DNA of 64,000 nucleotides, taken from Candidatus Woesebacteria bacterium GW2011_GWB1_39_10 (GTDB lineage: Bacteria > Patescibacteriota > Microgenomatia > UBA8517). Both the position numbers and the translations under genes were made by a program. Position 1 is the first letter of the stretch, and each line of letters starts with the position of its first letter. The notes beneath the pieces are model-generated. The model did no database searches, had not been told where the DNA came from, and was given only the letters and a program-made list of their open reading frames with translations. The stretch is taken from assembly GCA_000993205.1 (NCBI GenBank), contig LBVU01000001.1, positions 8,155-72,154 on the forward strand, read 5' to 3'. Positions 19,832 to 28,194 of the stretch are shown here, one piece after another.

Positions 19832-20710
19832 ATGCAAAAATTCTCTGTTCACGAACTTGAAGAAAAGGCCAATATAATACGCGAAGATATAATTAAAATG
19901 CTTGTTGAAGCGGGGAGTGGTCATTCGGCAGGTCCCCTTGGAATGGCTGATGTTTTTGCGGCGCTCTACTTTCATATATTAAATCACGATTCACACAATC
20001 CCGCATGGGAAGAGCGCGACAGATTGATGCTTTCTAATGGTCATATTTGTCCGGTCCGTTATGCCGCCATGGCTGAAGCAGGATATTTTCCGGTTAGTGA
20101 GCTTTTAACTTTGAGAAAATTAGGGTCCAGACTTCAAGGTCATCCCGAAAGATTAAAACTTCCCGGAGTTGAAACGACATCGGGTCCTTTGGGGAGTGGG
20201 CTGGCTCAGGCTGCAGGATATGCTTATGCGGCCAAAATGGACGGCCGTAAATTTAGAGTTTACTGCGTGACAAGCGATGGAGAACACCAGGAGGGGAACC
20301 ATTGGGAAGCGGTTATGTTTGCAGCAAAATATAATCTTTCTAATTTAACCGCAATAGTCGACAGAAATAATATTCAGATTGATGGTTATACAGAAGACAT
20401 TATGCCACTTGAACCAATGGTCGAGAAATATAAAGCTTATAACTGGAGTGTTATTGAAATTGACGGGCACAATATGCAGGAAATTATCGATGCCACGGGC
20501 AAGGCAAAGGCAATATTTGAAAATCCGACAGTTATTATTGCTCACACCATTCCCGGAAAAGGAGTCGACTTTATGGAAGGGGATTATAAATGGCATGGAA
20601 ACCCTCCGGGAACAAATATTCCCGGTGAGCCGTCGAAAGACGAACAGGCAAAAATAGCTTTGCGGGAATTAAGAACATTGGGAGGAAAGATAAGATCTGA
20701 ACATCAGTAA
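19832..20710 (+). CDS. Transketolase N-terminal subunit
   Basis: GSGH, LQGHP, SDGE...E and NN motifs. Confidence 0.92.
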   Translation: MQKFSVHELEEKANIIREDIIKMLVEAGSGHSAGPLGMADVFAALYFHILNHDSHNPAWEERDRLMLSNGHICPVRYAAMAEAGYFPVSELLTLRKLGSRLQGHPERLKLPGVETTSGPLGSGLAQAAGYAYAAKMDGRKFRVYCVTSDGEHQEGNHWEAVMFAAKYNLSNLTAIVDRNNIQIDGYTEDIMPLEPMVEKYKAYNWSVIEIDGHNMQEIIDATGKAKAIFENPTVIIAHTIPGKGVDFMEGDYKWHGNPPGTNIPGEPSKDEQAKIALRELRTLGGKIRSEHQ

Positions 20711-20790
20711 TTGACCTAATTATTCTAATTGCTCTAATTTTTAAATTGGGACTTATTTAGGACAATTAGATTAATTAGAACTTAGAAATT
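20709..20790. repeat. Intergenic head-to-head degenerate AATT-core array (hairpin)
   Basis: CTAATT units on the left, AATTAG units on the right. Confidence 0.7.
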
Positions 20791-20798
20791 GTAGAGAG

Positions 20799-21791
20799 AT
20801 GTTGAATATGAAACTTAAACTAAATAATAAGCTGTTTGACGAAGATGTAGAACAATCACCAACCAGAAATGGTTACGGAGAAGGACTTGTCATCGCCGGG
20901 GAGAAAGATCCAAATGTTGTTGTTTTATGCGCAGATTTGACTGAATCCACGAGGTCTAATTTTTTCAAAGAAAAATTTCCGGGAAGATTTGTTGAAATGG
21001 GAGTGGCCGAGCAGGGGATGGCGACTGTTGCCGCCGGAATGGCAAATTACGGAAAAATTCCCTTTATCTCTTCTTACGCGGCCTTCTCGCCGGGACGTAA
21101 TTGGGAACAAATTAGAACAACAATTGCGTTAAACGACGTTCCCGTAAAAATTGCCGGGGCGCATGCTGGTTTAACTGTGGGACCGGATGGGGCAACACAT
21201 CAGATGTTGGAAGACATTGCATTAATGCGGGCAATGCCAAACATGATTGTGATTTACCCTGCGGATTCCATTGAAGCAAAGAAAGCAACTATCGCTGCAG
21301 CCACAAACGGAAAGCCAACATATATTCGTCTTGCCCGTGAGAAAACTCCCATTGTGACAATCGAGGCGACTCCTTTTAAAATCGGCAAAGCAGAAGTTTT
21401 TTGGACGTCTAAAGATCCTCAAGTTGCGATAATAGCCTCAGGCCCACTTCTTTACGAAGCACTTCTTGCTGCAAAAGAACTGACAGGGTCGCACCCTGTC
21501 ATTGTTCTCAATTGTCACACAATAAAACCGATCGATGAACAAACAATAATTCATGCAGCAAAAATATGCGGAGCAGTTGTAACTGTCGAAGAACATCAAA
21601 TCATGGGTGGGCTTGGAGGGGCAGTTGCCGAACTTTTGTCCAAAAATATTCCAACGCCGCAGGAATTTATTGGAATGCCTGATTGTTTTGGAGAATCAGG
21701 ACAACCAGACGAACTATTGGAAAAATATCATATGAAGGCAAAGGATATTATGGAAGCTGTTAAAAAAGCAATCGTCAGAAAAAACTCTTGA
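20799..21791 (+). CDS. Transketolase C-terminal subunit
   Basis: GVAEQ, GPDGATHQ and EEH motifs. Confidence 0.92.
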   Translation: MLNMKLKLNNKLFDEDVEQSPTRNGYGEGLVIAGEKDPNVVVLCADLTESTRSNFFKEKFPGRFVEMGVAEQGMATVAAGMANYGKIPFISSYAAFSPGRNWEQIRTTIALNDVPVKIAGAHAGLTVGPDGATHQMLEDIALMRAMPNMIVIYPADSIEAKKATIAAATNGKPTYIRLAREKTPIVTIEATPFKIGKAEVFWTSKDPQVAIIASGPLLYEALLAAKELTGSHPVIVLNCHTIKPIDEQTIIHAAKICGAVVTVEEHQIMGGLGGAVAELLSKNIPTPQEFIGMPDCFGESGQPDELLEKYHMKAKDIMEAVKKAIVRKNS

Positions 21792-21816
21792 CAAATGTAT
21801 TGATATAGTATATACT
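21788..21816 (+). promoter_or_regulatory. Sigma70 promoter of brnTA (near-leaderless)
   Basis: TTGACA-17 nt-TATACT, with ATG 5 nt downstream. Confidence 0.7.
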
Positions 21817-21821
21817 CTTTT

Positions 21822-22133
21822 ATGAATTCAGACATTATCCCTGAACCAATTGAATTTGAATGGGACAAGGGGAACACAGATAAAAATTTCAAAAAACATG
21901 GTATCTCAAATGAAGAGGCTGAAGAAGTCTTTTTAAACGGGCCTTTTATATATAAAGACTTTGAACATTCAAAGATTGAGAAAAGATATAATTGTTTAGG
22001 AGAAACAGACAAAAGAAAGAAGATTTTTATAAGTTTCACCATCAGGGGGGATAAAACAAGATTAATATCGATAAGATTAATGAGCAAGAAAGAAAGACAA
22101 AAATATGCAAAAAATATACAAGAAAATTCCTAG
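21822..22133 (+). CDS. BrnT family toxin
   Basis: FEWDKGN...KHGIS...RLISIR. Confidence 0.9.
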   Translation: MNSDIIPEPIEFEWDKGNTDKNFKKHGISNEEAEEVFLNGPFIYKDFEHSKIEKRYNCLGETDKRKKIFISFTIRGDKTRLISIRLMSKKERQKYAKNIQENS

Positions 22134-22383
22134 TTTTAAAACCGAAGATGACGAAAGAAAGTTCTGGGATACCCATGATTCTACAGATTATATAGATTGG
22201 TCAAAAGCAAAAAGGACAATATTCCCCAATTTACAATTAACCAGAAAGCCAATTTCATTAAGAATGACGACCAGTTTATTGGCCAAAATCAAGGTTATTG
22301 CAAACAAAAAAGACATGCCGTACCAAACTTTAATTAAACAATATATTTCGGAGGGGATAGATAAGGATTATCAAGTTTTCTGA
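22105..22383 (+). CDS. BrnA/CopG-like antitoxin
   Basis: FWDTHD, ISLR and PYQTLIK. Confidence 0.85.
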   Translation: MQKIYKKIPSFKTEDDERKFWDTHDSTDYIDWSKAKRTIFPNLQLTRKPISLRMTTSLLAKIKVIANKKDMPYQTLIKQYISEGIDKDYQVF

Positions 22384-22392
22384 TTAAAACTT

Positions 22393-22545
22393 ATGAGCTA
22401 TACTGTGAAGGTAATTGAGTTTAAAGGACAGTTGTGTGTTCCTATCCCAAAACCCCTAGTGAAAAAATTGGGATGGAAAGAAGGTGATGAAATAATCGTT
22501 GACTACGACAAGGTTAAGAATGTGGTTACAATGCGCAAGAAATAA
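22393..22545 (+). CDS. AbrB/MazE-like small DNA-binding protein (absent from the ORF track)
   Basis: MSYTVKVIEFKGQLCVPIPKPLVKKLGWKEGDEIIV... Confidence 0.7.
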   Translation: MSYTVKVIEFKGQLCVPIPKPLVKKLGWKEGDEIIVDYDKVKNVVTMRKK

Positions 22546-22587
22546 GCTCCAAATTTTTTCCTGTCTCAAAAAACATTCAAAGAAGAT

Positions 22588-23328
22588 CTAAGGGCAAGGA
22601 GCAAATTCACAATTTGGTCCGGTTCTACCTACATAACTTCCATCAGGGCAAAGTTTTGCTTCTTTTGTGCAAGCAATGGGTTTGGCTGATGGCGAGGCTA
22701 CTGGATTAATGAATTTGAAAGTAGAAAGGATTTGATCAAAAATTTCAAGATCGTTCTGACCCTCGCTGTTAATGTAGATGTTATATATCAAACCATCCTT
22801 GTGTCTAAAAACAAAATTTGTGCCGCTTACAACATTCGAATACTTAGTTTTATAACCACTTATACCATTAATGGTAACTGGTGTTTGTTTGATGATTTTC
22901 GATTCAGTAAGACTGTTGAAGTTTTGCGGTTCTGTCGGAATTTCTCGCACTTCAATACCACCGATTCCAGATTTGGAATCGGCATTTAATCCAAAGAGGG
23001 TGTTGGCACTTGCACTTTGACTAACAACAGCTGACCAATCAGATGGATATTTGAATTGATATTTATAGGTTGGATGTGTATATGTTTTCCAATTTGCAGT
23101 TGGATCCGCCGTCGCTAAAGCTGTGGCGGACGAAGTCGGTGTCGGAGCTACTTGGTAGTTAGCAAGCATTTTCTTTAACTGTTGATTTTGGTAATACAGG
23201 AAGCCAACAGCAGAGAGAGATAAAAGGACAAACACAGCCATGCTTATTACAGTAATATTGTGTGAGCCATTTGTAATTTGTGATTTGTCATTTGGAATTT
23301 GGTCTAGAATTGGTACTTGTGGATCCAT
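22588..23328 (-). CDS. CPR-type membrane-anchored PsbP-like protein with a C-terminal Cys-rich motif
   Basis: TM helix, WKTY...FKYP..W, FDQILSTFKF and CTKEAKLCPDGSYVGRTGPNCEFAPCP. Confidence 0.7.
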   Translation of the reverse strand: MDPQVPILDQIPNDKSQITNGSHNITVISMAVFVLLSLSAVGFLYYQNQQLKKMLANYQVAPTPTSSATALATADPTANWKTYTHPTYKYQFKYPSDWSAVVSQSASANTLFGLNADSKSGIGGIEVREIPTEPQNFNSLTESKIIKQTPVTINGISGYKTKYSNVVSGTNFVFRHKDGLIYNIYINSEGQNDLEIFDQILSTFKFINPVASPSAKPIACTKEAKLCPDGSYVGRTGPNCEFAPCP

Positions 23329-23398
23329 ATCCAAAGTATACAACATGCCGTTGAACTCCCCAACAGTTAACTGATAGACTGGAATATATATAAATATC

Positions 23399-24361
23399 AT
23401 GGAAGAAACTGTTCAAAAACTACTCGTTTCTAGAAAAGGACTACTTGCCGCTGACGAATCGACTAAAACAATTACAAAAAGGTTTGCGGCTTTGGGTCTG
23501 ACTTCGACTCCCGAGCTTAATAAAAAATACAGGGAAATGCTATTTACCACACCCGGTGTGGAAAATTATATAAGTGGTGTTATTTTATTTGACGAATCTG
23601 TTCGCCAAGATCTTCACAAGATCTTGGAGTCAAAGCGAATTATTCCCGGCATCAAAGTTGACGAGGGACTCATGTCATTTAACGATACTCCCGAGCAAGT
23701 AACAGAAGGTTTGGAAACACTGGACGTACGGCTTAAAGAATACGCGCAGATGGGAATGAAATTTGCCAAATGGAGAGGTGTTTTTAAAATCACAGACATG
23801 TATCCATCAAAAGTTTTTTATGACGAAAACTTAGGAAGGATGGCTAAATATGCCAAGATTACCCAAGAAAACGGAATAGTCCCAATAGTTGAACCTGAGG
23901 TTCTTCTCGAAGGAAACCATACAACTACAAGATGCGGTGAAACTATGGACGCGACTTTAAAAATTCTTTTTGAAAAGTTGAATACCGAAGGAGTAGATCT
24001 TAAAAATCTGATAGTCAAAACCAGCATGGCCTTACCTGGTCCGGATAGTGGAGTAAAGGCACTTCCCTTGGAGGTGGCAAACGCGACTCTCAGGGCACTC
24101 AACAGATCTGTTCCGCCCGAAGTCCCGGGAATAGTTTTCCTTTCCGGCGGACAAACCTCGGATGAGGCAACTAACAATCTAAATGAAATAGTGAAACTTA
24201 AAGAAAATTCGCCTTGGGTTTTGACGTTTTCGTTTTCCCGGGCTTTACAAAACGAAGCAATGGAAACATGGGCCGGAAAAGATGAAAACACCGCTAACGC
24301 TCAGCAAGTTTTTATCAAAAGGCTTGAAATGGTTTCAAAAGCCGCGAAAGGAGAACTCTAA
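23399..24361 (+). CDS. Fructose-bisphosphate aldolase class I
   Basis: GLLAADES, FAKWR, PIVEPE, FLSGGQ and FSRALQ. Confidence 0.92.
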   Translation: MEETVQKLLVSRKGLLAADESTKTITKRFAALGLTSTPELNKKYREMLFTTPGVENYISGVILFDESVRQDLHKILESKRIIPGIKVDEGLMSFNDTPEQVTEGLETLDVRLKEYAQMGMKFAKWRGVFKITDMYPSKVFYDENLGRMAKYAKITQENGIVPIVEPEVLLEGNHTTTRCGETMDATLKILFEKLNTEGVDLKNLIVKTSMALPGPDSGVKALPLEVANATLRALNRSVPPEVPGIVFLSGGQTSDEATNNLNEIVKLKENSPWVLTFSFSRALQNEAMETWAGKDENTANAQQVFIKRLEMVSKAAKGEL

Positions 24362-25360
24362 ATGAAACCATCAGATTTACTTTCAATAGGGGACTCTTCG
24401 ATTGACACATTCATGACCCCACTCGAAACCGAAACTCTTTGTACCATAGACAAAAAGCAGTGCCTAATAGCATTCGCCTATGGGGAAAAAATACCCGTTA
24501 AGAATTTAGAATTTGCTGTGGGTGGAAATGCCGGAAATAATGCTGTAGGAGCAAAGAGGTTGGGAATAAATTCTTCAATTGTTTTGACTTTGGGGGATGA
24601 CAGTATTGGAAATTTAATTGTTGAAAAATTGAAAAATGAAGGGGTAGATATGACCTTTGTGATTCAGCAACCCGGAACCACGTCTAACTACTCAACGGTA
24701 ATTAATTATATGGGAGAGCGCACAATTTTTGTTTATCATGCACCCCGAAGTTATGAATTTCCGGTACAGCTCCCGGTGGTACCTTGGGTTTATCTAACCA
24801 GTATGGGGGAAAGTTTCAGACCCTTTTACAACCATTTAACTGAGTGGTTTAAGAAAAACCCGACTGTTAAGGTGGCCTTTAATCCCGGAAGTTGGCAACT
24901 TAGGGAAGGGTACGATGCAATAAAAGAAATAATAAAAATCGCTCATATAATTTATGTGAATAGACAGGAAGCCGAAAAGCTTATCGGTTTTGGAGATTCT
25001 GCCGGACGCGATCGAGATCTACTAATTGCCTTAAATAAGCTTGGCCCCAAGATTTGTATCATAACGGATGGAGGCGCTGGGGCATTTGCCTATGACAGCA
25101 TAAACGGAAAATTTATAAAAGTCGGCATTCTTCCCGTTGACGCATACGAGCGGACGGGTGCGGGGGATGCGTTTGGGAGCGGTTCGCTTTCTGCAATAAT
25201 TCATGGGAAAACATTGGAAGAAGCGCTTCTTTGGGGAACAGTCAACTCCGCGTCAGTTATTGGTTATACGGGTCCGCAAAAAGGTCTTTTGAAACTTGAA
25301 GAGATGGAGGTGTGGCTTGCCAGATGCAAAAGTAGTGGGGTTTCTGTGACTGCAATATAA
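24362..25360 (+). CDS. PfkB family carbohydrate kinase
   Basis: GGNAGN, N..E and TGAGDAF. Confidence 0.9.
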   Translation: MKPSDLLSIGDSSIDTFMTPLETETLCTIDKKQCLIAFAYGEKIPVKNLEFAVGGNAGNNAVGAKRLGINSSIVLTLGDDSIGNLIVEKLKNEGVDMTFVIQQPGTTSNYSTVINYMGERTIFVYHAPRSYEFPVQLPVVPWVYLTSMGESFRPFYNHLTEWFKKNPTVKVAFNPGSWQLREGYDAIKEIIKIAHIIYVNRQEAEKLIGFGDSAGRDRDLLIALNKLGPKICIITDGGAGAFAYDSINGKFIKVGILPVDAYERTGAGDAFGSGSLSAIIHGKTLEEALLWGTVNSASVIGYTGPQKGLLKLEEMEVWLARCKSSGVSVTAI

Positions 25361-25367
25361 ATATAAT

Positions 25368-26354
25368 ATGAAGATTTTTGTTACAAGAAAAATCCCGGGA
25401 GATTTTATTGAAAGCTTGAAGGTTAACGGCAATGAAGTTGTGATTTCCGAATTTAATAGACCGCTTACCCAAGTAGAACTTCTCGAAAAAGCAAAGGGAG
25501 TAGACTTTCTTTTGGCTCTTTTGACCGACCGCATAGACGGAGACGTAATGGATGCTGTTGGTCCCCAACTCAAAATGATAAGTAATTATGCGGTTGGATT
25601 TGATAATGTGGATATTAAAGCTGCAAGTGATCGCGGAATTGTTGTGACCAATACCCCCAGTGACGAAGTGAACGAATCCGTTGCAGAACACACATGGGCT
25701 TTAATATTGGCGCTGGCCCGAAGAATTGTTGAGGCAGATGAAGCAACCAGACGCGGTGCATACAAAGGGTGGGAGCCGGATATCTTTCTGGGGCACAATA
25801 TAATAGGCAAGACGTTGGGAATTATAGGGCTGGGGAGAATCGGATCAATGGTTGCCAGGCGCTCCCAGGGTTATAAAATGACGGTTTTTTATAATAAGCG
25901 TGAACCAGATCCGAAAGCGGAACAGGAACTTGGAGTCAAATTTGTTTCACTCGACGATTTATATAAACAGAGTGATTTTATTTCGCTCCATGTTCCTTTG
26001 ACCGAAGAAACTAGACACATGATAAATAAGGACGCTTTTGTCAAAATGAAAAAAGGAGTTTTTTTGGTAAACACCGCAAGGGGTCCGGTTGTTGATGAAC
26101 GTGACTTAGTTGACGCCTTAAGAAATGGACAACTTGCCGGTGCCGGTCTTGATGTTTTTGATAACGAACCCAATATTTCTCCCGAGCTTTACAATGCTCC
26201 CAACGTCATAACAACCCCGCACATTGCCTCGGCAACCTGGGAAGCCAGAAACAAAATGGGCGAACAAGCAGTGGGGCAAATTTTATCCGTTATCACCGGC
26301 CAAAAACCAGAGAATCTGGTGAACCCTGAAGTTTGGGAGAAAAGAAGAAGATAG
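25368..26354 (+). CDS. D-2-hydroxyacid dehydrogenase (glyoxylate/D-glycerate type)
   Basis: GLGRIG, NTARG, DVFDNEP and TPHIAS. Confidence 0.9.
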   Translation: MKIFVTRKIPGDFIESLKVNGNEVVISEFNRPLTQVELLEKAKGVDFLLALLTDRIDGDVMDAVGPQLKMISNYAVGFDNVDIKAASDRGIVVTNTPSDEVNESVAEHTWALILALARRIVEADEATRRGAYKGWEPDIFLGHNIIGKTLGIIGLGRIGSMVARRSQGYKMTVFYNKREPDPKAEQELGVKFVSLDDLYKQSDFISLHVPLTEETRHMINKDAFVKMKKGVFLVNTARGPVVDERDLVDALRNGQLAGAGLDVFDNEPNISPELYNAPNVITTPHIASATWEARNKMGEQAVGQILSVITGQKPENLVNPEVWEKRRR

Positions 26355-26359
26355 CCCCA

Positions 26360-26388
26360 TTGACATTATGACAAATTCGTCATAAAAT
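26360..26388 (+). promoter_or_regulatory. Promoter with palindromic operator of the HigBA-like operon
   Basis: TTGACA-17-TAAAAT. Inverted repeat TTATGAC-N6-GTCATAA at 26366-26385. Confidence 0.7.
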
Positions 26389-26389
26389 T

Positions 26390-26689
26390 ATGAAAGTTAT
26401 ATATCATCCAGAAGTTGATAAAACAATTCGGGATTTATCGAATAAGGAAAATTCTAGGGTAGTAAAAGTAGTCGATTTTTTTGAGAGCAGTAAGTTTTTG
26501 TTAGATCAAAAATATCTCAAAAAGATAATGAAAGGCCTTTGGGAATTAAGAGCGGGGAGGTACAGATTATTATTTGGCATATCGGGTGGAAATGCGATTG
26601 TAACAAGATTATTTCTGAAGAAAACTCAAAAAACACCAGACAGGGAAATTAAATTGGCGATAAAAAGACTAAACGAATATGAACAATAA
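26390..26689 (+). CDS. RelE/HigB (Gp49-like) toxin
   Basis: LWELR..YRL and FLKKTQKTP. Confidence 0.88.
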   Translation: MKVIYHPEVDKTIRDLSNKENSRVVKVVDFFESSKFLLDQKYLKKIMKGLWELRAGRYRLLFGISGGNAIVTRLFLKKTQKTPDREIKLAIKRLNEYEQ

Positions 26690-26969
26690 AATTAAATGGG
26701 TTTCGCATGAAAAACTAAAGTCGGATTTAATGAAAGATCCGGAATTTCGTCGTGAGTACGATGCGCTTCAACCAGAATTTGAGATTGCAGAGCAAATAAT
26801 TAAAGCTAGGATTGAAAGAAAGATTTCTCAAGCGGAGCTTGCTAAAAGGATGAAGACCGGTCAAGCAGTTGTATCACGCCTTGAAGGCGCAAATGGAAGT
26901 CCTTCTTTAGCTTTATTAAAACGCCTTGCCCGTGCACTTGGGATTAAACTCCAATTAACTATTCAGTGA
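26679..26969 (+). CDS. HigA-like XRE antitoxin
   Basis: SQAELA..M.T.Q..VSRLE helix-turn-helix. Confidence 0.88.
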   Translation: MNNKIKWVSHEKLKSDLMKDPEFRREYDALQPEFEIAEQIIKARIERKISQAELAKRMKTGQAVVSRLEGANGSPSLALLKRLARALGIKLQLTIQ

Positions 26970-27333
26970 CAACTTTCTGGAGTTCAGCAACTTTTTCTGG
27001 AGAAAGGTTGGGTTCTATCTTTGACATAAAACTTTCTAAAACAGATTTGGATGATTCGGCAATCGCGTTTTCCATATCAAAACCAGTTTCCTTGAGTTTT
27101 TCTTGGGCAAAAGCGATATTTTTATCGATATCCTCAACTGTTTTTGGGGGATTTGTTGCCATTTGATCCAAGAAAACTTTATTTTTTGGGTCAATACCAA
27201 TCTTTGCAGTCAAATCTAAATAAAGACTGGCTAATAAATTCGTTTTTAATTCTTTAATCTCTGATTCAGGGGTGGAACCAACAATTGAAATAATTTTATC
27301 TATTTTTTGAAGAAAATTTTGGGTGAGATTCAT
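26959..27333 (-). CDS. Hypothetical protein
   Basis: 124-aa helical ORF coupled to the upstream gene. Confidence 0.6.
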   Translation of the reverse strand: MNLTQNFLQKIDKIISIVGSTPESEIKELKTNLLASLYLDLTAKIGIDPKNKVFLDQMATNPPKTVEDIDKNIAFAQEKLKETGFDMENAIAESSKSVLESFMSKIEPNLSPEKVAELQKVVTE

Positions 27334-27334
27334 T

Positions 27335-27775
27335 TTATTCCTTTACAGTGCTCCCACTTTTTGCCGGATTTGATCGATCAACCCAGTCACGAAACATTGC
27401 AAGACTACCACTTGCTGGGATTGTAGCAAATGATGCATTAAGAGCGGCAAACATTATTCTTTGGCTTGGTTCAAGGGCTGGCGCATTATATGCGGCAACA
27501 CTAAGTAATACGGTTTGGGTGGCTGCTAAGGCCAAAAAACTAGCCATAGCAAACTCATCTTTATTGGGAAAATTTTTAAAAGCTTCAATTGCTTTATTTC
27601 TATAGTCAATCAGAACATTTCTAGATGCGCCTATCAAATCAGTAGCCTTCTCTTTTCCGGACTCGACTGCACGGCCAACCCCTCTTTTTATTTCTCTTCC
27701 GGCTGCACCCAGGCCAATTCCAACAGACTTAAGAGCAGTCTTTTTCCAATCAAATTGCTCGTTATTTTCTGACAT
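27335..27775 (-). CDS. Hypothetical membrane protein
   Basis: 146 aa with two hydrophobic segments. Confidence 0.6.
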   Translation of the reverse strand: MSENNEQFDWKKTALKSVGIGLGAAGREIKRGVGRAVESGKEKATDLIGASRNVLIDYRNKAIEAFKNFPNKDEFAMASFLALAATQTVLLSVAAYNAPALEPSQRIMFAALNASFATIPASGSLAMFRDWVDRSNPAKSGSTVKE

Positions 27776-27784
27776 TCTACTGTG

Positions 27785-27813
27785 ATTTTAGTGTGTGTGT
27801 GTGTGAATGTCAA
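27785..27813 (-). promoter_or_regulatory. Sigma70 promoter with a (CA)n spacer
   Basis: Minus strand reads TTGACA-TT(CA)7C-TAAAAT, a 17-nt spacer, 9 nt upstream of ATG 27775. Confidence 0.7.
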
Positions 27814-27836
27814 TAATAGTTTGTTAGAATAGATTT

Positions 27837-28184
27837 ATGGGGATTTTTGGAAGAAAAAATGAGGAAGATTATGATGAGGAGGATGGTTTTCGTGAGGAAG
27901 AGGAACTAAAAGACCGGAAACTAACCAGAAAATTCAAAGATCTAAAACCTGAGAATAAAAAAAAGAGAAAAGAACCGCCCAAGCCCTGGGGCAGACGTGA
28001 GAGAATTACACTCTTAATAATAATTTTGATGACGGTATTGATTTCCGGGATTCTCACTCTCACTTCAGAAAGCAAAAGATTCTTGAATTTGCCCAAACTC
28101 AATTTTAGTTTTCCAAAGATAAATTTTGGCTCTCTTAACTTTTTTAAAGAGGAGACAATAACGATCAAAAAAAGCGGGAATTAG
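27837..28184 (+). CDS. Hypothetical single-TM protein
   Basis: Charged N-terminus and one TM helix. Confidence 0.65.
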   Translation: MGIFGRKNEEDYDEEDGFREEEELKDRKLTRKFKDLKPENKKKRKEPPKPWGRRERITLLIIILMTVLISGILTLTSESKRFLNLPKLNFSFPKINFGSLNFFKEETITIKKSGN

Positions 28185-28194
28185 TCTTACACAG

